Virus record (IMG/VR): IMGVR_UViG_3300046012_000429
Span: 1-56,148 of that record
Length of the DNA stretch: 56,148 nt
Direction: 5' to 3' (one strand)
From: a virus
Taxonomy: Duplodnaviria > Caudoviricetes
Both the position numbers and the translations under genes were made by a program. Under the pieces are notes generated by a model, which saw nothing but the letters and a program-made list of their open reading frames with translations, had not been told where the DNA came from and made no database searches. Shown in pieces: positions 43,022-52,474 of this stretch (position 1 is the stretch's first letter; every line of letters starts with the position of its first letter).

Positions 43022-44395
43022 ATGTTCAAGCAGTGGAAACCTGAGTACCAGGCCCGCGCGATGGCGATGCTGAAGGAGTTCGAGGGCGCGGACTGGCACC
43101 CGTTCTTCTGCCCGATCCCCACCTGCGACGGCCAGCCGCACGACGACTGGACCTGGCCGCACGCCCGGGCCGACCAGAAGCCTCCGCCGATGGGCTCCCC
43201 CGACTGGTTCACCCTGCTGTTCTCCGGCGGTCGAGGGGCGGGCAAGTCGCGCACCGGCTCTGAGATCACCCACCGGATGACTGCGCACGTACCCCGTCTG
43301 GTGCTGATCGGAGCCACCGGCCCGGACCTGCGCGAGACCATGATCGAAGGTGTTAGCGGCATCCTCGCCACTTCTCCGCCCGGGAAGCGCCCGCTGTACG
43401 AGCCGTCCAAGAAGCGGCTCACCTGGCCGAATGGCTGCATCGGCCAGGGCTTCTCGGCGGAGGAGCCGGACCGTCTGCGTGGCCCCGAGTCCGGCTTCGT
43501 CTGGGCCGACGAACCCGCCCACTACCCGCTGGTGGAGGAGGTCTGGTCGAACATGCAACTGGGCCTGCGGATGGGCTCCCGGCCCAAGATCGTGGCCACC
43601 ACCACCCCGAAGCCGACCAGGTGGATGAAGGAACTGATCAAGGACCCGTTGACCATCACCCGACGGGTCTCCACCTACGCCAACATCGGCAACCTGGCGG
43701 AGGCATTCAAGCGCACCGTGCTGGACCGGTTCGAGGGCACCCGGCTGGGTCGCCAGGAGTTGCACGGCGAGATCCTGGAAGACGTCGAGGGCGCGCTGTG
43801 GCTGTGGGAGATGTTCTCGTGGGTCGACTTTGCCCCGCCGATGCAGCGAGTCGTGGTCGGCGTGGACCCAGCCGGAAGCAAGAACAAGTCCTCCGACGAA
43901 ACCGGGATCATCGTCGAGGGTGTCGGCTTCGACAAACACCTGTACGTACTGGCCGACTACACCGGACGCTACTCACCTCGGGGCTGGGCGACCCGGGCGA
44001 ACGAGGCGTACGAGGAGTTCTCCTGCGATGCCATCGTGGCCGAGAAGAACTACGGCGGCGAGATGGTGAAGCACACCCTGGAGACCTCCGGCTACGGGGG
44101 TGCCCGGATCATCCTGGTCGACTCCCGCCGAGGCAAGGAACTGCGCGCGGAGCCCATCGTGGCCCGCTACGAACGGAAGATGGTGTCGCACGTGGGCAAG
44201 CCCGGTGACCTGGCCGAACTCGAAGGGGAGCAGACCTCCTGGGTGCCCGGACAGGGACCGTCGCCGAACCGCGTCGACGCCTTGGTGCACGCGAGCACGG
44301 ACCTGCTGAAGCGACTGGAGCCTGCTGCGATCTCGTCCCCGAACAAGTTGATGCGCCGAGGGACTGGTCCTCGGCACCTGAGGGCAGTGGGGTGA
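43022..44395 (+). CDS. terL: Terminase large subunit
   Basis: GGRGAGKS Walker A, LRG....VWADE, TTTP, GVDPA...DETG RNase H-like domain, SPNRVDA; start may be GTG 42992. Confidence 0.95.
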   Translation: MFKQWKPEYQARAMAMLKEFEGADWHPFFCPIPTCDGQPHDDWTWPHARADQKPPPMGSPDWFTLLFSGGRGAGKSRTGSEITHRMTAHVPRLVLIGATGPDLRETMIEGVSGILATSPPGKRPLYEPSKKRLTWPNGCIGQGFSAEEPDRLRGPESGFVWADEPAHYPLVEEVWSNMQLGLRMGSRPKIVATTTPKPTRWMKELIKDPLTITRRVSTYANIGNLAEAFKRTVLDRFEGTRLGRQELHGEILEDVEGALWLWEMFSWVDFAPPMQRVVVGVDPAGSKNKSSDETGIIVEGVGFDKHLYVLADYTGRYSPRGWATRANEAYEEFSCDAIVAEKNYGGEMVKHTLETSGYGGARIILVDSRRGKELRAEPIVARYERKMVSHVGKPGDLAELEGEQTSWVPGQGPSPNRVDALVHASTDLLKRLEPAAISSPNKLMRRGTGPRHLRAVG

Positions 44396-44727
44396 TGTTC
44401 GACCAGCCCTGGTGGATCTGGGCACTGGCCATCATCGTGGGCACCGTGTCGGTCGCCCGAACCGCCCGGCTGCTGGTCTGGGACTCCTTCCCTCCGGTGG
44501 AGTGGCTACGGCTGAAGTTCTTCGTCGCAGCCGGTGACTCGCCGTGGCGCAAACTCGGCGAATGCGGCTTCTGCCTGGCCCCCTACCTGGCGGCGGGAAT
44601 GGTCGCCTGGGCACTGCTGTGTGACCTCGCCTGGTGGTGGTGGGTGATCAACATCTGGTGGGGGCCGATTTCATATGGAGCGGCGATCATAGTTTCCTAC
44701 GACCAGCCGTCGGACGGCACTGACTAG
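44392..44727 (+). CDS. Membrane protein (DUF1360-like)
   Basis: AR..RL...D.FPP, C.FC, Trp-rich TM segments; between terminase and portal. Confidence 0.7.
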   Translation: MMFDQPWWIWALAIIVGTVSVARTARLLVWDSFPPVEWLRLKFFVAAGDSPWRKLGECGFCLAPYLAAGMVAWALLCDLAWWWWVINIWWGPISYGAAIIVSYDQPSDGTD

Positions 44728-44799
44728 GCGTTCTCTGTTTAACTGGGCACGACTGTGCGAAACTCACCGGTGTAGTTCCACCGGCGGAAGTAGTCACGC

Positions 44800-46569
44800 A
44801 TGCCCCGACGCAAGGCTGAGCCGGAAGCGGTGGTGATCCCCACTTCTTCTCTGGTGGCATCTGCCACCCGCTATCCGGGGAAGGCGGCGCGGATCTACCA
44901 GCCGCGCCAAGACTGGCAGGCCGAGTGTTATCGGCACTACGGCATCTGCGGTGAGGCCCGGTTCGCCGCCAAGTTCTTCGGCCACTCGGTCTCGCGCGCC
45001 ACGCTGTTCGCCGCCGAGAACGTCAAAGGCACCACGGTCGCCACCCCAGCGGGGCAGGCGGCCGATCTGCTGGAGGCACTGTTCAACGGCAAGGACGGCC
45101 AGACCCAGATGCTCGACAGCATCGGCACCCACCTGACCATCGCCGGGGAGTGCTACCTGGTCGGTCGTGCGGTCGAGGGGGTGGACACCTGGGAGATTGT
45201 CTCCGTGCTGGAGATGCAGGTGACCGGCACCAACTGGCAGATCAACTACGGCCAGGGCATCCCTGCGGTGCAGTTGACCGACGAGGACGTGGTCATCCGG
45301 ATCTGGCTGCCGAGCCCCGCGCATCGGATCGAGGCCGACTCCCCGTTCCGCGCCCTGCTGCCGATCCTGAGTGAGATCGAGTGGCTCACCCGGCACGTGT
45401 TCGCCCAGATCACCTCCCGGCTGGCAGGCAGCGGCATCCTGATCATGCCGCAGGGGATGACGTTCCCCCCACCACCAGAGCAGACCCTGCCGGACGGCAC
45501 CACTGCCCCGGCCAAGCCCGCCAACGACGCCGACTCGTTCATGGCCACCCTGGCCGACGCGATGATGGCGCCCATCGAGGATCCGTCCTCGCCCAGTGCG
45601 GTGGTACCGATCGTGGTGACTGCACCCGACGACACCATCGACAAGCCCCGGCTGCTCACCTTCTGGAGCGAACTCGACTCCGCGTCAATGGGGTTGCGCA
45701 ACGAGGCGATTCGTCGCTTCGCTCTGGGAATGGACCTGCCGCCGGAGCAGGTACTCGGAATGTCAGGCACCTCGACCTCGTCCAGTGGGAGCGTCAGCCA
45801 CTGGGGTGCCTGGCAGGTCGAGGAGTCGACCATCAAGTTGCACATCGAGCCGATGCTCGACGTGATCGTCAACGGCCTCACCGTGGGCTATCTGCGTCCG
45901 CTCACCGACGACTTGTCCGTCGTCGCTTACGACTCCTCCGCGCTGCGGCTACGTCCGGACCGTTCCAAGGAAGCGTTCGAGTTGTACGACCGGGGCCTCA
46001 TCTCCGCCGAGGCGCTGCTGCGGGAGAACGGCTTCGACGAGGACGACGTGCCCAAGCCGGACGAGTTCGTGCGCTGGCTGACCATCAAGGTCGCCTCCGG
46101 CTCTGCTACCCCCGAACAGGTCCAGGTGGCCCTGCAGCGGCTGGGGGTCGACCTCGGGGCGATAGCGCTGCCCGAGGCGGTTCCACGTGAAACGCGGCCC
46201 GACCGCACCCTGGAGGACCACCCCACCCGGCCCCGCACACCGGACGAGAACGCCTTGGTCGCGGCGAGCGAAGCCCTCGTCTTTCGGGCTCTGGAGCGGG
46301 CGGGCAACCGGATGCGGCAGAGCGTGGCCAAGCCCCCGGGAGTCCCCGCGTACGAGACCCACCTGTACGTGAAGGCCAACGGCACCTCGGAGAAACTCCT
46401 GGAGGATGCCTGGTCGTGCGCTCCCCAGGTGTTGGACGGCATCGCGGACTGTTCCATCGTGGTCCCGGTGCTCACCTCGTACTGCGTCTCGCTGATGAAG
46501 GAGCAGTCTCCGCACCGTCGCGACCGACTGGTCAACTGGCTGCGGCTGGCTGACCAGGTCTCGGCATGA
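44800..46569 (+). CDS. Portal protein
   Basis: Position and size; L.IAGECYL, IW.PSP.....ADSP, RLAGSGIL, R.ALGMD.PPE.LG...HW.AW. Confidence 0.9.
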   Translation: MPRRKAEPEAVVIPTSSLVASATRYPGKAARIYQPRQDWQAECYRHYGICGEARFAAKFFGHSVSRATLFAAENVKGTTVATPAGQAADLLEALFNGKDGQTQMLDSIGTHLTIAGECYLVGRAVEGVDTWEIVSVLEMQVTGTNWQINYGQGIPAVQLTDEDVVIRIWLPSPAHRIEADSPFRALLPILSEIEWLTRHVFAQITSRLAGSGILIMPQGMTFPPPPEQTLPDGTTAPAKPANDADSFMATLADAMMAPIEDPSSPSAVVPIVVTAPDDTIDKPRLLTFWSELDSASMGLRNEAIRRFALGMDLPPEQVLGMSGTSTSSSGSVSHWGAWQVEESTIKLHIEPMLDVIVNGLTVGYLRPLTDDLSVVAYDSSALRLRPDRSKEAFELYDRGLISAEALLRENGFDEDDVPKPDEFVRWLTIKVASGSATPEQVQVALQRLGVDLGAIALPEAVPRETRPDRTLEDHPTRPRTPDENALVAASEALVFRALERAGNRMRQSVAKPPGVPAYETHLYVKANGTSEKLLEDAWSCAPQVLDGIADCSIVVPVLTSYCVSLMKEQSPHRRDRLVNWLRLADQVSA

Positions 46570-49091
46570 GCGTCTTCACCACGGGGCCGGACTGGGAGCA
46601 GAACTTCCTCACTCCCGAGTCCTCGGAGTCCTTCGCGGCCCGGCGACGCAAAGCCCAGGACGAGGCGATTGCGCAGATCAGGTCAACGGTCACCGCCTGG
46701 GTGGCCAACCTCGACGATCCGAACGCCTTCGTCGAGATGAACGAGGCGCTGGCAACCCTCTACACCGATACCTACCGGGGCGAAGGTGGCGACCGGCTGG
46801 CCCGTGTTGCGGGGTTCATCTTCTCGCTGCGCGGCGTGGTCAACCACACCATGTCCACCTCGAACCCGGAGGCTGTGTCGACCTGGCTGGCGGTGGCCAC
46901 GATCAATGCCGCCACCCTCCAGGCCGCTACGGAAGACCCACGTCCACTGTTGCTGAAGTGGACCACGATGCACGACAGCAAGGTCCGCGAGGCTCACGCA
47001 GCGGCCGACCGGCAGCGCCGCCCGGCGGGCTCAGTGTTCCACGTCGGCGGCGAGAACCTGCGCTATCCCGGCGACCCTCGGGCCAGCATCGAGAACACCA
47101 TCAACTGCCGGTGTGTGATTCAGGTAGTCCCGGTCAACCAGTCGGCTCTGACGGCTGCTCTCAAGGAGAACCCCATGCCCCTCGAAACCCCCCTGGCGTG
47201 GCACGGTGTCCTCGCCCCCGAAGGCGCCTGGTCCGGTGACGGGCGGCGATTCGCACTGGACTCGCTGAGCAACCGCGACCTGCCGCTGCCGCTGACCTGG
47301 CAACGGGCCACCGGCGAGGGCCACGACGGCTCCACCGTGGTCGCCCGGATCGACACCATCGAGCGAGTGCCGGGCGAGAACGGCGTCAACCTGATGCAGG
47401 CCGGAGGCACGTTCATCGACACCCCGGAGACCGACGAGGTGGTCGGGCTGATCGCTGAGTTCGGCAAGTTCGGGGTAAGCGTGGATGCCGACGACTCCGA
47501 GTTCGAGTTCGACGACGAGTCCGGCAAGGTCACCTTCTCCCGAGCCCGGATCGCCTCCGCCAGCCTGGTGTCCATCCCGGCCTTCGCCGAGGCGTACGTG
47601 GCGCTGGGGCCGTGGGAGACCGAGGAGGCCGCCGGAGCCCCGCCGTTCCCGAAGAAGGGCGAGGAGCCGGTCGACGACGAGGAGGAGTGCGACCCCGACT
47701 CCGAGGACTACGAGGACTGCATCGCCCGCAAGAAGCACGACAGCCCCGAGGGTGAGCAGGACCCCGGCTGGGTGCCGGTGGCCCCGAAGCGCAGCGCCGA
47801 CGCGGAGGCGGTGTCGGCGTCGGTGGCGTTCATCTCGGATAAGGCGTGGGACGGCAGCGCTGGTCGCTTCACCCCGGAGCAGTGGAAGAAGTCCACTGTG
47901 CTGCACGTCTGCGACGGCGACGAGAAGTCCTGCCACAAACTCCCCATCAAGGAGCCCGACGGCGCGCTCAACCGCGCCGCTGTACACGCCGCCGCGTCCC
48001 GCTTCAACCAGGTCGACGCTCCGGCCGAGGCGAAGGCCAAGGCGGCGCGCGCCCTACGCGGTGCGTACAAGACACTGGGTGAGGACCCGCCCGAGGTCCT
48101 CCAGGCCAGCCTTGTGGAGGACTTCGGGCGCGGTCCTGGCTGGGTGACCAACCCGGTGGAGACTCGGCGGATCTGGGCCTACTGGACCCAGCCGGGACAC
48201 GAGGGCTACGCCAAGATCAACTGGGGGGTGCCCGGCGACTTCAACCGCTGTCGGCTGGAGGTGGGCGAGGAGATCGGTGAGAACTCTCCAGAGGACCTGC
48301 GCTTCCTGAACCAGATCTGCGCTCAGTGGCACCACGACGCCACCGGCTTCTGGCCGGGCCGGGCACCGACTGAGCGGGCAGGTTCAGGTGGCCTTAACCC
48401 CGAAGGCAAGGCGGCACCGGCGGTCAGTCTGGTCGCCTCCGGTGGCATCAAGGCTCCGGCGTCCTGGTTCGAGAACCCGAACCTGACCGAGCCCACCCAT
48501 CTGACCGTGACCGAGGAGGGCCGGGTGTTCGGCCACATCGCGGAGTGGACCTCCTGTCACATCGGCTACCCCGAGGTGTGCGTGGCGCCGCCCACCTCGG
48601 CCAGCGACTACGCCTACTTCGCGTCCAAGCGGGTGCTGTTGGACAACGGCGAGTTCGCCCGCACCGGGGTCATCTCCCTGGGTGGCGGGCACGCCCCCGG
48701 CAACATGGGCTTCTCCGCTGCGATCGAGCACTACGACCGCACCTCCACCGCTGCCGCCGACGTGGCCGTGGGTCAGGACGAGCACGGCATCTGGGCAGCG
48801 GGCTGGATGCGTCCGGGCTGGACGGAGAAGCAGGCGTACGACCTGCGAGCCTCCGACATCTCCGGCGACTGGCGCGAGGTCCGTCCCGGTCAGATGGAGA
48901 TGGTCGCGGCGCTGGCGGTCAACGTGGCCGGGTTCCCGGTGGTCGCGGTGCACGACCAGGCTCAAGTGACCCTGGTCGCGGCCGGGGTGGTGAAGGAGAC
49001 CGACCCGATGTCTGCGGTGGTGCGGGAGGTCGTCGCCACCTTGGCTCGGCGCGACAAGATGGCTCAACTACGCGAGAGAGTGGGTGTCTGA
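46566..49091 (+). CDS. MuF-like head morphogenesis / capsid maturation protease fusion
   Basis: KW.T..D..VR.AH...LRYPGDP......NCRC; EG..SGDGR, GVSVD, LVSIPAF.EA; GRVFGHIA.W..CH; SGDWR. Confidence 0.88.
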   Translation: MSVFTTGPDWEQNFLTPESSESFAARRRKAQDEAIAQIRSTVTAWVANLDDPNAFVEMNEALATLYTDTYRGEGGDRLARVAGFIFSLRGVVNHTMSTSNPEAVSTWLAVATINAATLQAATEDPRPLLLKWTTMHDSKVREAHAAADRQRRPAGSVFHVGGENLRYPGDPRASIENTINCRCVIQVVPVNQSALTAALKENPMPLETPLAWHGVLAPEGAWSGDGRRFALDSLSNRDLPLPLTWQRATGEGHDGSTVVARIDTIERVPGENGVNLMQAGGTFIDTPETDEVVGLIAEFGKFGVSVDADDSEFEFDDESGKVTFSRARIASASLVSIPAFAEAYVALGPWETEEAAGAPPFPKKGEEPVDDEEECDPDSEDYEDCIARKKHDSPEGEQDPGWVPVAPKRSADAEAVSASVAFISDKAWDGSAGRFTPEQWKKSTVLHVCDGDEKSCHKLPIKEPDGALNRAAVHAAASRFNQVDAPAEAKAKAARALRGAYKTLGEDPPEVLQASLVEDFGRGPGWVTNPVETRRIWAYWTQPGHEGYAKINWGVPGDFNRCRLEVGEEIGENSPEDLRFLNQICAQWHHDATGFWPGRAPTERAGSGGLNPEGKAAPAVSLVASGGIKAPASWFENPNLTEPTHLTVTEEGRVFGHIAEWTSCHIGYPEVCVAPPTSASDYAYFASKRVLLDNGEFARTGVISLGGGHAPGNMGFSAAIEHYDRTSTAAADVAVGQDEHGIWAAGWMRPGWTEKQAYDLRASDISGDWREVRPGQMEMVAALAVNVAGFPVVAVHDQAQVTLVAAGVVKETDPMSAVVREVVATLARRDKMAQLRERVGV

Positions 49092-49093
49092 AC

Positions 49094-49240
49094 ATGGCAT
49101 GCGCGTGCCAAGGCAAGAAGAACGTGGCCTGGAACTACGTGGCCAAGGACGGATCGACCAAGTCCTACCCGAGCGAGATCCAAGCCCGCGCGGCGGTCGT
49201 CCGCAACGGCGGCGGCAAAGTCGTGGCGGTGTCCAAGTGA
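49094..49240 (+). CDS. Small virion-associated protein (MACAC...)
   Basis: MACACQG...Y.SEI.A.AA..RNGG right after the protease. Confidence 0.6.
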   Translation: MACACQGKKNVAWNYVAKDGSTKSYPSEIQARAAVVRNGGGKVVAVSK

Positions 49241-49461
49241 GCGGCAACACGGGGGTGGCGGGCGGCACCCAGGGCGCCGACCCGGTGCCGGTCATCCACG
49301 ACGGCGCGGAGCACGTGGCTGGCGCACCTGCCGACCCTGGCGCTCCAACAGTGCAGCCCAAGCAGACCACCGCGCCGGACAACTCCACCGTGCTCGACAA
49401 GGACTCTCCGTTGGTGACCACCGACACCACTCCACCGGAGCCGCCGAAGCCGGTCGGCTGA
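49237..49461 (+). CDS. Pro-rich hypothetical protein
   Basis: GTGA- and TGATG-coupled on both sides. Confidence 0.5.
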   Translation: MSGNTGVAGGTQGADPVPVIHDGAEHVAGAPADPGAPTVQPKQTTAPDNSTVLDKDSPLVTTDTTPPEPPKPVG

Positions 49462-50084
49462 TGGCCTCCCCGATCCCCGGTGTCGCGGTCTCCACGCCGT
49501 ACGGCAAGCGGGGCTCGTACTGGTCATGCAACGAGGACAGCAACGGCAACGGCATCCATACCGGGGTCGACTACGCCTGTGCGAGCGGGACAGACGTGGT
49601 GGCTCCAATCGCGGGTGAGGTCCGGCACCGGTCGTACGGCTCCTCGTTCGGCAACCACCAGTTCGCCATCTCACCCGATCCGGGTGAGCCGTTCGGCGAA
49701 GGCGAGGTGTTCTTCGCCCACATGACCTCTCGTCCAGCCGACGGCACCCGGGTCAAGATCGGGGACTACCTGGGCAACGTTGGGGCCGAGGGCAACGTCA
49801 GTGGTCCGCACCTGCACTTCGAGTACCACGCGAACACCAAGGGCAAGTGGTCGTGCTCGGTGATCGACGACCCCAAGCCGGTGCTCGACTACCAGGCCAG
49901 CGGTGGCAAGCCGGACAACCCGAACAAGGTGGAGCCCGGCGACACCGTATTCGTCATCAGCAGCGGTGCACTGAACGGTCGCGACGAGCCTTCCGGTGAG
50001 GGCGACGTGGTCAAGACCCGCCCCTACGGCGACAAGTTCGTCGTCCTCTCTGTTGTCGATGGCTGGGCTCAGGAGACACCGTGA
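49461..50084 (+). CDS. M23 peptidase endolysin with truncated SH3-like domain
   Basis: HTGVDY, AHM, G..GNVSGPHLHFE. Confidence 0.9.
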   Translation: MASPIPGVAVSTPYGKRGSYWSCNEDSNGNGIHTGVDYACASGTDVVAPIAGEVRHRSYGSSFGNHQFAISPDPGEPFGEGEVFFAHMTSRPADGTRVKIGDYLGNVGAEGNVSGPHLHFEYHANTKGKWSCSVIDDPKPVLDYQASGGKPDNPNKVEPGDTVFVISSGALNGRDEPSGEGDVVKTRPYGDKFVVLSVVDGWAQETP

Positions 50085-51784
50085 CGTACCTGATCGGGAT
50101 CGATGTCAGTTCCAACAACTCCTCCAACTGGGAGGACGACGCCTGGGACTACTGCTGGGTGAAAGCCACCGAGGGCAAGTCGTACAAGAACCCCGACTAC
50201 GCGCATCAGACCGGCGTGGTGCGGAACCGCGACAAGGTCCTCGGCCATTACCACTGGCTCAACGACGGCGACGTGATGAAGCAGGTCGACTGGTTCTGCG
50301 ACCAGTCCGACGTGCGACCGGGGGACCTGATCGCCTGCGACTGGGAGGACCCGTCGAACCCGACCACCGCCCAGAAGGACGAGTGGATTCGCACCATCCA
50401 GCACGAGTTCCCCGACTCCATGGTCGGGCTCTACTGCAACAAGGACTGGTGGATTAACCACGACACCTCGTCGTTCTTCGGCAACTACCTGTGGATCGCC
50501 AACTACACCTCGGCGGACAACCCCGGCATCAAGGCCGACTGGACCTTCTGGCAGTACACGTTCGAGCCGTACGACAAGAACCGCGGCAAGTTCGCGTCCC
50601 TGGCAGAGTTGAAGGCGTGGGCGGGTGGTGACGGAACCCCCGAGCCGTTGCCACCCGACCCCGGTATCGGCGGCGTGTGGTTCTCCACCGACTACCTGTT
50701 CCCGCAGGTCAAGCCCAACCCGACCAACCCCAACGCTGTCAAGAAGGGCGACGAGGTCGAGGTCACGGCGTCCGGTGGGCTGACGGCCCGCTCACTCCCA
50801 GGTGGGCCGCAGTCGGTCAAGGACGGTCAGCCGGTCGTCCGCGACAAGGGCTACCGCTTCGACGTGACCGGCGACCTGGTCGACGGCTGGGTCACCGGCG
50901 GCACCAACTGGTACTCCAGCGACTACCTGAAGAAGGTCACCGCACCCGCCCCACCGGCCACTCCCTCGTGGTCGTCCAAGCCGACGATCATCTTGCCGAT
51001 GAAAGACGTGCCCGGGGACCTGTCCTATATCCAAGACGTCTGTCTGGTGAACGGAGTGACCCTCGACGACGGCACGGTCTACGACCCCTGCTGGATCGTG
51101 GCCCAGGACTACAACAACGCCGGGGACATCCGGTTCCTCAAGTTCGACGACACCGGCAAGTTCCAGTCCTGGTTCCAGGTCAACGACGCCGGGCACGGCT
51201 CGTCCTTCTACGCCTACCGCAGCGCGGCGGGCAACCTGTACGTCTGGTGCGGGGAGGACGCTGCCTATCGGCACTCCTGGCAGTCGAGTAAGAAGGTCGG
51301 CAAGACCTCCGGCGACAAAATGGACTACAAGGGCGCCCGGCCGATGGGTGGCTACGGCTCAGACCGAGTGGCCTTCCGCAACGCCACCGACACCAAGGAG
51401 ACCTTCTCGATCTTCGACCGGACCGACTTCACCGACGGGTCCAACCGGACGAAGCCCATCAAAGAGGTGACGATCTCCAAGCAGACCGCCCGAACGCAAC
51501 AGACCACGGCTGCGAGTGAGTCGCGGATCTACCGCCTGTCGGGCTCGACCAACGACAACCCGCCGCACGGCACCAAACTGCACGTGCTGGAGGTGTTCGA
51601 CTGGGCAGGCAAGCGGCTGCTGGAGATGGACGTGACCGCGATGTACATCGAGACCACCTCCGACGAGCCGGAGGGACTCACGTTCAGCGGCAACCCCGGG
51701 TCGTTGATGGCGTCCAAGCGGGAGGGCTCCACCGACCCGTCCAAGCGGTCGGTGCCGGTATGGACAATGAGCAACCTGCCCTGA
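50081..51784 (+). CDS. GH25 lysozyme with SH3-like and beta-propeller-like domains
   Basis: GIDVS, KATEG..Y.NP, GHYHW, DWE, LWIANY, WQYT; C-terminal GHGSS...EPEGL. Confidence 0.88.
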   Translation: MTYLIGIDVSSNNSSNWEDDAWDYCWVKATEGKSYKNPDYAHQTGVVRNRDKVLGHYHWLNDGDVMKQVDWFCDQSDVRPGDLIACDWEDPSNPTTAQKDEWIRTIQHEFPDSMVGLYCNKDWWINHDTSSFFGNYLWIANYTSADNPGIKADWTFWQYTFEPYDKNRGKFASLAELKAWAGGDGTPEPLPPDPGIGGVWFSTDYLFPQVKPNPTNPNAVKKGDEVEVTASGGLTARSLPGGPQSVKDGQPVVRDKGYRFDVTGDLVDGWVTGGTNWYSSDYLKKVTAPAPPATPSWSSKPTIILPMKDVPGDLSYIQDVCLVNGVTLDDGTVYDPCWIVAQDYNNAGDIRFLKFDDTGKFQSWFQVNDAGHGSSFYAYRSAAGNLYVWCGEDAAYRHSWQSSKKVGKTSGDKMDYKGARPMGGYGSDRVAFRNATDTKETFSIFDRTDFTDGSNRTKPIKEVTISKQTARTQQTTAASESRIYRLSGSTNDNPPHGTKLHVLEVFDWAGKRLLEMDVTAMYIETTSDEPEGLTFSGNPGSLMASKREGSTDPSKRSVPVWTMSNLP

Positions 51785-51991
51785 CTGACTGGGAGTGGGC
51801 GGCTTTCGTCGTCGGGTTCTGCCTCGGCATCGTGATCGGGATGTGCCTGGGGGTGGTGGCAGCCCTGTTGGCCGAGCCGAGGGAATGAGCGATGGACTGG
51901 TGGGGGCGGTTGCTGTGCCTGCTGGGGGTGCATCAGTGGTCTGAGTGGGAATGGCCACCGGGCGATCACTGCCAACGGTGTGGCGACCGGT

Positions 51992-52228
51992 ATGAGTGAG
52001 GAGCGACGACCTACTGGAGACCTGCTGGTTCTGATCTTCGGCATCACCTTGTGCGCTTTGATCGTGCTGGCCGGGATCACCGCACTGATGCTGCTGATCT
52101 TTCGGCCTGACGTGGACACCACCACTCGGCTGGTCAGCGCTGTGGCTACAGCACTGAACACCGTGGTCGGCCTGCTGGCTGGATTCCTGGCCGGACGGCA
52201 CACGCCGAAGCGGCGCAATGGGAGTTAG
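51992..52228 (+). CDS. Holin-like two-TM protein
   Basis: Two hydrophobic segments and a basic C-terminus, downstream of the lysins. Confidence 0.6.
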   Translation: MSEERRPTGDLLVLIFGITLCALIVLAGITALMLLIFRPDVDTTTRLVSAVATALNTVVGLLAGFLAGRHTPKRRNGS

Positions 52229-52308
52229 GCGATCTGCAGCACGACGAAGATCAAGATGATCAGAACGATCACCAAGATGGCGATGCTGATGGCTCTCTCT
52301 GGGGTCAT
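52225..52308 (-). CDS. 27-aa single-TM peptide convergent with the holin
   Basis: MTPERAISIAILVIVLIILIFVVLQIA; TACCGT about 7 nt before ATG. Confidence 0.5.
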   Translation of the reverse strand: MTPERAISIAILVIVLIILIFVVLQIA

Positions 52309-52474
52309 GGCCCTGACGGTACGCCTGGGTTAAGGCGGCCTTAACCCTCCTTCCAACAGACCCCTCTGTTTTGGGTGTACTGTCCCCCGCAGGAAGTTCT
52401 TCCACTGGACCTTGGTGCCCGGGATCTCGACTTGCGCTTGGCGCAGACCCCTACGACGCCGAGGAGCAAGTCCC

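Larger units (their letters stand above)
1886..52345. repeat. Dispersed palindrome GTTAAGG-N2/3-CCTTAAC, 19 copies
   Basis: Starts at 1886, 11504, 14277, 18949, 20811, 22060, 23663, 24938, 27037, 27561, 28665, 29685, 30629, 31057, 32123, 32372, 42408, 48382, 52329; four have one mismatch (23663, 28665, 32372, 48382). Confidence 0.93.

Noticed and set aside
1886-52345. Palindromes as integron attC sites or CRISPR repeats
   Set aside because: The order is GTT...AAC rather than RYYYAAC...GTTRRRY, the units are only 16-17 bp and irregularly spaced by kilobases, and no integrase or cas operon is present
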